Assembly: GCA_963724295.1 (NCBI GenBank)
Contig: CAVRUC010000004.1
Location: 1-64,000, forward strand
Length of the DNA stretch: 64,000 bases
Source: an uncultured Chloroflexia bacterium
Lineage (GTDB): Bacteria; Chloroflexota; Chloroflexia; Thermomicrobiales; UBA6265
Direction of reading: 5' to 3'
Shown here: one piece after another, positions 1 through 8,326 of the stretch
Layout: every line of letters begins with the position of its first letter
Position numbering within the stretch: position 1 is the first letter of the stretch
Notes under the pieces: generated by a model
The model's input: the letters and a program-made list of their open reading frames with translations, nothing else
Told to the model about the DNA's origin: nothing
Database searches by the model: none
Translations under genes and position numbers: made by a program

Positions 1-1645
1 GCCTGGTCGTATGACCTCCTGACCCCCGCGGATCAACGGCTCTTCCGGCAGCTGGCCGTCTTCGTCGGTGGGTGGACGGTGCCGGCCGCGGCAGCAGTGG
101 CCGCGATGGACGAGGGGGAAGTCGTCTCCCGGCCTGGGCCGGTTAGCTGATCAGAGTCTGCTTCGCTCCGTGGACCATGACGATACACCGCGCTTCACCG
201 TGCTAGAGACGATCCGCGAGTACGGGCTGGAGCGCCTGGTGGAGCGTGGCAGGAGGCGGCAACCCGAGAGGCGCATGCCACGTTCTTCCTCTCCCGTGCC
301 CAGGGCATCGCCGCGATCCCGATCTCACCCAACCGTTGGCGTGGATCGAAACCGAGCGCCCCAATCTCCGCGCCGCCCTCACCTACTTCGCCTCCATCGG
401 CGCCACCGAACGACTGCTGACCTCGGCCTCGTGGTCGCGACGCCTGGGCGGTCGTCGGGGATGCCCACGAAGCCCGTGGGTGGTTGGAGCGTGGGCTCGC
501 CGCTAGTGATGCGATCACGCCCCGCCTTCGCGCCCGAGCCCTCAGCAGCCTTGCCGGCATCCTCTTTCAACTGCGTGGGGAGACCGCGGCGGCGCTCGCC
601 TGTGGGGAACGTGCCCTCTCATTACTTTCACGAGGCAGGGGACTGAGCTGGGAGACGATCGCCGAAGCGGCCCACTGGAGCGGCTTGAGCGCGCTGCGGC
701 TGGGCCAACCCGAGCGGGCGGCGACCTTCTTCCGGGCGGCGCAGGAGGCGAGGTCGCGGCTGCCGCTCGATGGGGCCTGTGAGCGCAGCCTCGCCCATCT
801 GGACAACGTGCTGGGGTACGTGGCCATGGCGCAGGGTGACCTCGCTGGGGCGGAGGCGCTCTTCGCCGGCGCGCGCGATCGCGAGCGCCTGCAGGAGCCG
901 GACCTTGGCGTCTTTCCCTGATTGCCTATCCCCTGATCGGGCTGGGGCATGTGGCGCGCTGTCACGGCGACGCGCCGCAGGCCCTGATGCGCTACCAAGG
1001 AGGGCCTGGCCATCGCCGCCCAGTTTGGCGATGTGCGCGCCGTGGCCCCCGGGCTTGTCGGCGTCGCCGGTACGCTCGCCGCGCTGGGCCGCTGGCGAGA
1101 GGCCGCGACGCTCTTCGGCGCCGCGGAGGCGCTGTGCCAGCGCACGGGGCTTGATTACGACAGCCACGCGTTCGAATGGCAACGCGCGGCGGGGTTGCCA
1201 GACCCCTGGCAGCGGGCGGGAGTGCCGTTTGCCTGGTTGGACCGCCTCCGCGCGGTGGTTGAGGCGCAGGCAGCCACTGCATTGCCGCCGGTGCCAGATG
1301 CCGTCGCGGCCGACGCGCTGTGGGCCGCCGGCCGCGCGTTGGCCATGGACGAGGCCGTCACGATGGCCCTCACGATCACCTTCGCCCCAACGCCAGGGGG
1401 TGGCGTCCCCGGCTGATCAGGCAGCCGGATCCGCACCTGCCCCTGTGTGGACTTCGCGTTGACACGCCGCGAGCGGGAGATCCTCTACGCTGCTCGCCCA
1501 GCGCCTGACCGATCCGGAGATCGCCGAGGCGCTCTTCATCAGCCGCAAGACCGCCTCCAACCACGTCAGCAACATCCTCAGCAAGCTCGGCGCCACCAAC
1601 CGCCGCGAGGCCGCGGCCATCGCCGTGCGCCACGCCCTGGTCTGA
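1..1645 (+). CDS. STAND (NB-ARC-like) ATPase-TPR-LuxR HTH transcriptional regulator, 5' truncated, broken by several indels
   Basis: Pieces in different frames read [55 protein letters not shown]-like helices (484-1416), then Lux[59 protein letters not shown] (TGA 1643-1645). Confidence 0.9.
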
Positions 1646-1664
1646 GCGCTGGCTCCCCAGCCCC

Positions 1665-1770
1665 AAAACTAGGGAGCTTTCTGGGTAGGTTCTCCTCATG
1701 CCGCCTGTGTGGCCAGGGCGCATGCTGGGAGCGTGCCAGAGAGACCGGCACCGGGGACCGGAAGACCCGG
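1665..1770 (+). promoter_or_regulatory. Promoter/operator-like element, copy 1, upstream of the Arg-rich peptide array
   Basis: Ungapped match to 5435-5540 (85/106 identical by hand count); core AAAACTAGGGAG...AGGTTCTCCTCATG. Confidence 0.7.
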
Positions 1771-1835
1771 ACCCCGCAAGCCCCGAACCGAGACCCGGAC
1801 GATCCGGGATCGGACCGAGAGCACAGGAGGACACG

Positions 1836-2024
1836 ATGAACGAGCTGTTGCAGGACGTGTTCCAGACCGTCGCACGGGAGGGCGTCGACCAGGGGTCGGG
1901 TGCCATCCGCTCCAAGAAGAGTGTCTGCCCTGGTGGTGGCGTCCGCGCCAGACGCTGCGTCACCCCCGGTGGTGGCGTCCGCCAGCGGCGAGGCATCTCC
2001 CCTGGTGGGACGGTCATTCGGTAG
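1836..2024 (+). CDS. Arg-rich repeat peptide A1 (62 aa), putative precursor: MNELLQDVFQTVAREGVDQGSGAIRSKKSVCPGGGVRARRCVTPGGGVRQRRGISPGGTVIR
   Basis: RBS AGGAGG before ATG 1836; three paralogues follow. Confidence 0.85.
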   Translation: MNELLQDVFQTVAREGVDQGSGAIRSKKSVCPGGGVRARRCVTPGGGVRQRRGISPGGTVIR

Positions 2025-2083
2025 TCAGTGCCTGATTGCCAGTCCAGGCGTCCAGTCGCATCAAACGTTCGAAGGAGACCACG

Positions 2084-2236
2084 ATGAACGAGCAGATGCA
2101 GGGTGTGTTCCAGACCGTCGCGCACGAGGGCACAGGTCATCAGCTGAGCGCCGTCCGCTCGAAGCGGGCCGTCTGCCCCGGCGGTGGCGTCCGCCAGCGG
2201 CGACACGTCTGTCCCGGCGGGTCGGTCATCCGGTAG
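2084..2236 (+). CDS. Arg-rich repeat peptide A2 (50 aa): MNEQMQGVFQTVAHEGTGHQLSAVRSKRAVCPGGGVRQRRHVCPGGSVIR
   Basis: RBS AAGGAG before ATG 2084; same leader; two repeat units. Confidence 0.85.
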   Translation: MNEQMQGVFQTVAHEGTGHQLSAVRSKRAVCPGGGVRQRRHVCPGGSVIR

Positions 2237-2292
2237 CCAGCAACCCAGCAACCCAGGGGTCCAGTCGTACCGAGCAGTCGAAGGAGATCACG

Positions 2293-2482
2293 ATGAACGA
2301 GCAGATGCAGAGCGTGGTTCAGAGCGTCGCATCCGAGAGCACCGGTCACCAGCTCGACTTCCGTCCGCGGCAAGCGGTCCATCTGCCCCGGTGGTGGTGT
2401 CCGCACCAAGCGGTGCGTCTCCCCGGGTGGAGGCGTCCGCCAGCGGCGATACATCTGTCCCGGCGGGTCGGTCATCCGGTAG
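2293..2482 (+). CDS. Arg-rich repeat peptide A3 (62 aa after removing 1 extra nt near 2359): MNEQMQSVVQSVASESTGHQLDSVRGKRSICPGGGVRTKRCVSPGGGVRQRRYICPGGSVIR
   Basis: RBS AAGGAG, ATG 2293, TAG 2480-2482; span is 190 nt = 63 codons + 1; aligns with A1/A2 on both sides of the indel. Confidence 0.75.
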
Positions 2483-2541
2483 CCAGCACCTGATGGCGAT
2501 CCAGGTTTTCAGTCGTACGGAGCGTTTAGAAGGAGATCACG

Positions 2542-2728
2542 ATGAACGCAGTTGCAAGGTGTGTTCCAGACCGTCGCGGTGGAGGACACCGGACACGCGC
2601 CGGGTAGCGTCCGCTCCCGACGTGTGGTCTGCCCCGGCGGCGGCGTCCGCCAGCGGCGGACCATCTGCCCCGGTGGGGGCGTCCGCTCGAAGCGGGCCGT
2701 CATTGCCGGCGGGTCGGTCATCCGGTAG
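2542..2728 (+). CDS. Arg-rich repeat peptide A4 (2-nt deletion near codon 3, or in-frame TTG start at 2552): MN(E)QLQGVFQTVAVEDTGHAPGSVRSRRVVCPGGGVRQRRTICPGGGVRSKRAVIAGGSVIR
   Basis: RBS AAGGAG, ATG 2542, TAG 2726-2728; span is 187 nt = 63 codons - 2. Confidence 0.75.
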
Positions 2729-2752
2729 CCAGCCGCGCCGATATCCAGGCGA

Positions 2753-2782
2753 GCGAGCGGGGATGAGAGTTTCCCCGCTCGC
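2753..2782 (+). terminator. GC-rich hairpin between the peptide array and the MFS gene (attenuator or mRNA stabiliser)
   Basis: Perfect 11-bp stem GCGAGCGGGGA / TCCCCGCTCGC, 8-nt loop, no U-tract. Confidence 0.6.
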
Positions 2783-2799
2783 GTCATGAGGAGCCTCCG

Positions 2800-4163
2800 A
2801 TGGACGAGACCCCGAGCAACGCAGGACCCATGCGGCACTGGCCGGCGCAACTCGCCACGGCCGTGCAGCAGACCGGTAACCGCTACCGCGCGTTGGGGGC
2901 CTCCCCGGATGCCCGGCGCCTGCTTGCCGCCGCCGCGGCCTCCTACATCGGTAGCGAGTTCACCTTCATCGCCCTGCTCGCGCTGTCCTATCGGTTCACC
3001 GACAGCGCGCTCGGCGTCGGCGGCATGTTCGTGGCCACGGCGCTGCCCCGGCTCCTGGCCCAGGGACCGGCGGGAGCCCTCGTCGACCGCTGCCCGGGAC
3101 CGCGCCTGCTCGTCGTCACCCAGGGCCTGCTGGCGGCCATCGCCGCCGGGTATCTGCTCCTGTTGGTAGCGCCGAGCCTGTGGCTTCTCTACGGACTGGT
3201 GATGCTGAGCGGGCTGGTGCGCACGATCGATGCCCCCGCCTTCGAGGTGCGCCTGATGGCCCTGGTGCCCGCACCGCAGAGAGGTACCGCCAACGCCCTC
3301 CATGTCTTGGCCTTGTCCGTGAGCGGGCTGCCGGTCCCCTGCTCGGGGGGCTCGTGTTGGGGCTGTGGGGGACTGTCCCGCTCTTTGTCCTCAACAGCCT
3401 CTCCTTTCTGGGAGTGGCGGTGGCGGTCGCGACTATGCGGCCGCCGGTGCTCGTTCCTTCTCCCCCGGAGCTCGCGCCGGCCGCCGCCAGCCCGTCGCCG
3501 CTTGGCTACGTCGCACTCCTGCGGCGGTCCGACGTCGCGCTCTACGCCGCCCTCACCCTCTCCAGCAGCCTTCTCAGCGTGGCGCTGCTGGCGGTCCTGG
3601 TGGTCCGCGCGCTCGATCTGGGGCTGGGGGAGGGCGGGACGGGGGTGTTCATCGCCGTCAGCGCCCTGGGCGCGCTGGTCGGCGGGGTCGCCGCCGGTGG
3701 CGGGAGCTACACCGGGCGCCGCGCCTTCACCACGGCCGCCCTCGCCTCGGTGGTAGGCACGGTCGGTGTCGTGGTCTTCGGGGTGACCGGCAGCGTGCTG
3801 GTTGCCTGTGCCGCCCTGCTGGTGACCGGCCTGGTCGGATCGCTGGAGGATGTCGCCAGCGTGACCGCCTTCCAGAACGCGCTGCCAGACGGCGTCTACG
3901 GGCGGGTCTCTTCTCTCTTCCTGCTTGCCGGTTCTGCCGGCGCCCTGCTGGGTGGGATCGTTGGCCCGCTCCTGGCCGAGCGCCTGGAGGTCGGGCCGAG
4001 CTTAGTGCTGCTGGCGATTCCGGATGTGGTCCTGGCCCTGGCCTTCGGGCGGTGGGCAGGGACCGGCCGCGGGTTCGTGCGCCTGGCGCAGCCGTCGCGC
4101 CGTCCGGAGCGAGCAATTGGCATCGAGTCTTGCTCGAGGGCGGCGCTTGCATCGGCATCCTAA
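2800..4163 (+). CDS. MFS transporter (exporter-like), one frameshift near 3320-3335
   Basis: N-half in ORF 2800 (GPAGALVDRCPGPRLL, motif-A-like) joins C-half in ORF 3180-4163 (GPLLGG, GRVSSLF); multiple hydrophobic segments. Confidence 0.85.
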
Positions 4164-4209
4164 CGACGGGTCGTATTCGTGGCCGTACAGGCCGAGATCG
4201 GAGGCAGTG

Positions 4210-5369
4210 ATGGACGTCTTGGATCGGGAGCAGCTCATTGGGACCCAGATGATGACGCGTCATGCGGAACTGGAGCGAGCGCCGCAGCGCGCTGGCGAGG
4301 AGATGTGGAAGCGCAATCTGGAGCATGGCTCGACTCGGCGGCGAGCATCGGCGAGCGCTGGCTCCCCCGCTTCAGCCGGCTGGGTCTGGGACCCAACCCG
4401 ATCGGCACCTTTGGCATGCGTCCGTACCTGGAGGACATGCGCCAGCTGGGGGGGCAGGATGTCGCCGTCGTCGGCATCCCCTTTGATGGAGGCACCTCCC
4501 ACCGTCCCGGGGCGCGCTTCGGTCCGCAGTCGATCCGCTATGTCTCGACCGGTGATGGCGGCTACAACCACGACCTGGGGATCGGTCTCTGGCACTCTCT
4601 CGATATCGTCGACGTTGGGGACGTCACGGTCATCCCCGCCGATATCGAGAAGACCTTTGATCAGATCGACAGCGCGCTCGGCTACATCGTCGACCGGGGT
4701 GTCTTCCCGGTGGTGCTGGGCGGTGACCACTCGATCGCCTACGCCACCATCCGCAGCCTTGCCGCCCGCACCGACGGCCCAGTTGGTCTCATCCACTTCG
4801 ATCGGCATGCGGACCTGTCGCGGTTGGACCACGATGGGAGGTTGCACGGCACCCCCTTCTACCACGCGACCGACATCCCCAACGTTCCGCCCAGCAATCT
4901 CGTCCAGATCGGGGTGGGCGGGTGGGCTGGCGCCTGGGATGGGGTGGCCACCGCCCGCGAGCGGGGATCAACGATGATCACGATGACCGATATCGACCGC
5001 TTCGGGATCGAGCGCATCGCCGAACTGGCCCTGGAGATCGCCTGGAAAGGCGCCAAGACGGTCTATCTCTCGTTCGACATCGACTGCATCGACCCCGGCT
5101 TTGCCCCGGGCACCGGGACGCCGGAATCAGGTGGCTTCACCCCGCGGGAGATCTTTCGCCTGCTCGACATCGTGGCCCGCGAAGGACTGGCCGGTATGGA
5201 GGTGGTCGAGGTCTCCCCGCCATATGATGTGAGCGAGGTTACGGCGCTGCTGGCCACGCGCATCATCTACACGACCCTCGGCTCCCTCATCGAGGCCGGC
5301 AAGCTCGGGGTGCGCCCCGGCGCCGGGGAGCCGACCGAGCCGGAGGGTGAGCCCACGCTCGCCGCGTAA
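4210..5369 (+). CDS. Ureohydrolase (arginase/agmatinase family), guanidine-hydrolase-like N-terminus; 1-nt frameshift near 4328
   Basis: GIPFDGGTSHRPGARFGP, GGDHS, FDRHAD and SFDIDCIDPGFAPGTGTP motifs intact; RBS GGAGG before ATG 4210. Confidence 0.92.
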
Positions 5370-5434
5370 TGGGCCGTCGGCGGAAGACAACGTGGAGGGC
5401 GCGGCCCGCGAGATCGTGTCGGCGCCTCATCCGC

Positions 5435-5540
5435 AAAACTAGGGAGGTTGCTAAGGAGGTTCTCCTCATGTCGCAGGGCTGATCGAGGCGCATGCCACGA
5501 GCGTGCCACAGAGAGCGGCACCGGAGCCCGGAAGACCCGG
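5435..5540 (+). promoter_or_regulatory. Promoter/operator-like element, copy 2, upstream of the 28-aa peptide trio
   Basis: Ungapped repeat of 1665-1770 at offset 3770; contains inverted repeat AGGAG-GTT-CTCCT. Confidence 0.7.
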
Positions 5541-5575
5541 GACCCGAGGAGACCAGACCCGAGAGGAGCCCGGAG

Positions 5576-5662
5576 ATGTCGAACCTCACGATCGCCGCCA
5601 AGTACACCAGGTACCTGCTGACCAGCCTGGCCACCGTGGCCTTTGGTCTCATGCTGAACTAG
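5576..5662 (+). CDS. Small hydrophobic peptide B1 (28 aa): MSNLTIAAKYTRYLLTSLATVAFGLMLN
   Basis: RBS AGGAG upstream; same length and motif as B2 and B3. Confidence 0.8.
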   Translation: MSNLTIAAKYTRYLLTSLATVAFGLMLN

Positions 5663-5765
5663 CTGCCGTGACACTCTTGGCGCTCCCTCGTCTGGGGGAG
5701 CGACGGACACCACGGGGATCGGATGGCCTGGACGCACAAACCCGAGCTTCGAAAGGAAATCTGCG

Positions 5766-5852
5766 CTGACGACGATCAAGCTAACCACTCGCTACGCGCG
5801 CTACCTTCTCAGCTCGCTGGCGACGATGGCCTTTGCCATGTACTTGAACTAG
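5766..5852 (+). CDS. Small hydrophobic peptide B2 (28 aa, CTG start as sequenced): (M)TTIKLTTRYARYLLSSLATMAFAMYLN
   Basis: RBS AAAGGA upstream; paralogue of B1 and B3; start reads CTG (error or non-canonical start). Confidence 0.7.
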   Translation: MTTIKLTTRYARYLLSSLATMAFAMYLN

Positions 5853-5881
5853 TCGCGCCATCACCGAGACAGGAGGATTCG

Positions 5882-5968
5882 ATGCTGACCGTCCGCCACA
5901 CCGCTCGCTACGCCCGCTATTTGCTGAGCAGCCTGGCCACCGTGGCCTTCCTCTTGGGCTTCAACTAG
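5882..5968 (+). CDS. Small hydrophobic peptide B3 (28 aa): MLTVRHTARYARYLLSSLATVAFLLGFN
   Basis: RBS AGGAGG, ATG 5882, TAG 5966-5968. Confidence 0.8.
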   Translation: MLTVRHTARYARYLLSSLATVAFLLGFN

Positions 5969-5981
5969 CCGCCCCTTCCGG

Positions 5982-6024
5982 CACGATACCCCGCGATCGG
6001 CGAGACTGCGCGCGGGGCATCGTG
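5982..6024 (+). terminator. Hairpin closing the peptide locus
   Basis: CACGATACCCCGCG / CGCGGGGCATCGTG, 13 of 14 bp complementary; no U-tract. Confidence 0.5.
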
Positions 6025-6464
6025 GGCACGCAGATGCCGTCGCCAGCTGGAACGATTGTGCGGCGAGGTCTAGGTGAACCGCCGTCCAAGCGGGTTTGAA
6101 GCAGGACCTCCTGCGTCGCGGTGCCCCATGGCGGTTGACCACCGTGATCGTCATGCGAGGTATGTTGCTGCGCTCGGGATCGACCGTGGCGCGAGGCCGT
6201 GCCGCGATAACGCGACTGTTCCCGGGTGACCGGAACCACGTTTCCCGCGGCTGCAGCATTGCACGTCCCATGAGCAGGTCGATGCCGGCCGTGACGCCAG
6301 GTGCTGCATCACAACGCCGTTGCCACCACCACGGCACGACCGCTCGGTGCACCATTTCTTCCCAGTCTTCCCGGTCTTCCCAGTTCTCGACAGGGGAAGG
6401 GGCCATCGCCGCATCGCATCGGCTCCCCACCCGTAAAACGCAGCCAGTCGGGGAGCCCATGAGG

Positions 6465-6612
6465 TATCTGGTTGACGCGCGGTTCTGTCTCACCACGGTC
6501 CGGATCGTCTCATGGCTGACACTAAACTCACGCGCCAGCGCGCGCAAACTCGTGGTCTAGGCCAGGACGCGAATCGTGAATTCCTGCTCGAACGTCAGTC
6601 TCCGCGTGCGAG
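6465..6612 (-). pseudogene. Small HTH remnant
   Basis: Reads RTRRLTFEQEFTIRVLA*TTSLRALAREFSVSHETIRTVVRQ: HTH-like, with an in-frame stop. Confidence 0.4.
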
Positions 6613-7916
6613 CGCGATACCGGCGCGGTGCGGACGCCTCTCCCGGCGATGGCAACCGCGGATGCGATGAGGGACTCGAACGAAATTCTGGGACCGGGAC
6701 TCGAACGGGCGCACCGGCAAGGTTCTGAAGGTGCGGATCGACCCCGTCGAACCCGCCGTCTCAACCTTGACAACGAATCGATTCGATCATCCTCTCGACT
6801 GGCCCTCATCGAGGTTAGGACGACAGCGCACCTCTAGCGTGTCCTGACGGCACACCGACTTGTGGCGACAGTCAACCACAGGCCGCGACGATGAGGCAGG
6901 CGCTGCCGGAAGAGGCGCGACGTCCGATCGGAGAAGCCAGCGAAGCGCTGGAACGGTCGGAACGCTGGAGAGAATGAGCAGTGCGGGGTCAGTAGGTCGT
7001 GGTGTAAAAAGAGGCGGCAAGAGCCATGAAGGAGGCAGCTACCTCGTGGTTGGGCCGACTCCTTTGCGGACTGCTTTGTCTTCATATCAAGTATCCATTT
7101 AGCTCGCGGCAGACGTCGCTTTTCGAGGTCTAGTTACCAAGGACTGGGGAGTCTGATTCGGCACGAATGCTGATGGTTGGCGCTTCTCCACGCGCGCACG
7201 CGCGAGGGCGGGCTCCTGGCGTTCGGCGGGGCCACCACAGCTCCTGATACGCGCTAGGTGAGCCGATACACGCAACCGACAAACGAACCCAATACGGATG
7301 ACGGGATTACGCGCAATGCAACGAGCCAACGAAGGAGCGACGGGCACGAAAGACGAACGACGAACGAAAGGGGGGGGGAAGAGAGACGACGAACGGATAG
7401 CGGGTAGGCAGACGCACGGCACACAGGACCGAGGGACCAGGGGAAGCAGCAACACCAGGAACACAGCAAGCCAGGAACAAGGGCAAGAACACGAGGAGCA
7501 ACGATGATGAAGAGAGAGATGGAGTGATGAAGGGAATGATGGGATGGCTTGAGTGCAGGATGGATGGAGTGGGGTGGTGTATGGAAGAGATTATTGGTGT
7601 GGTTATTTTGTTAGTCCGTGGGTGGACCTCTCCCGAAACCGCGCAAAGGCCCTTTAGAGCAGTCTACTCAATTGGCTTTAGTGGTAACCACTTTGCGTGT
7701 CGCACTCACTCTCGGCGAGGTCAGATCCACATAGCCACGTCCATTGGCGATTTCACCCGTGCGCGCCGGACCCCAAGTCAAGATCGCATGGGTAAAGACG
7801 CCGCACGAGGCAGAGTGCCCCCTGGGACCAACCCTGGCACGAAGCCCAGCCGCCGTGTCGCTCCGCCGGGACTCGTGGCTCCAGGAGCGGCATTCGCTCT
7901 TGGGGCATGTCGTGCC

Positions 7917-8326
7917 TCAGTGTTCGCGAGCGCCGTAGGCTCGCTGGTATTGACTCAGCCGATCGACCCACCGCGTGAGAAACGCCTCGACCTTGGGATG
8001 GTCGGGATGCGCGTCAAGCCAACCCCACCCCACCTCAAGTTGGGCCACCAGTTCGGCCACCTCCACCGCCGGGGCTGGCAGCGCACTCCACTGCTGCCAC
8101 AAGCGCTCGTAGTGCTCCCGGTTGAACTCCGCAGACTCGACGGTGGCCGCGGTCACGATCTCCTTTTGCCGTAGCTCGCGAAGGAGCATCGGCTTGTTGG
8201 TGATGATCCGGTCGCGAAACGGATCGAGACTCCGCCGGCGGGAATCTCCGCCCGCAACCGGTCACCCTCACGGTGGAGTCGGATGCCGGCTACACCTAAT
8301 TCGTCGAGGAGCGCGACGGCGCCCAT
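7917..8326 (-). CDS. Hypothetical protein with TubC N-terminal docking-like start (frameshift near 8230)
   Basis: MGAVALLDELGVAGIRLHREGDRLRAE continues into ORF 7917-8189; sits just after the primase-helicase. Confidence 0.5.

Noticed and set aside
1900..2728. 36-bp repeats as a CRISPR array
   Set aside because: Repeats are contiguous with no unique spacers, vary at synonymous positions, lie in RBS-led ORFs, and no cas genes are present
1376..2789. Long ORFs 1376-2251(-), 1900-2493(+) and 2184-2789(+) as real genes
   Set aside because: They are shadow frames of the peptide repeats, with no RBS or recognisable domain
4164..4209. Guanidine riboswitch ahead of the ureohydrolase
   Set aside because: The gap is only 46 nt and I could not identify a ykkC-type structure or paired ACGR-loop hairpins
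5576..5968. B peptides as AgrD thiolactone or P450-crosslinked (YxxY) precursors
   Set aside because: No ring Cys plus charged tail as in AgrD, and no AgrB, histidine kinase or P450 in the window
5723..5968. 81-aa ORF as a single protein
   Set aside because: Only the last 28 codons match B1/B2 and they have their own AGGAGG RBS; the upstream part is an off-frame read of B2
6665..6710. GGGACTCGAAC copies as the att duplicate of the tRNA-Leu 3' end
   Set aside because: Similarity covers only ~12 nt of the T-loop and does not extend to the acceptor stem (TGGTGCCGGG)
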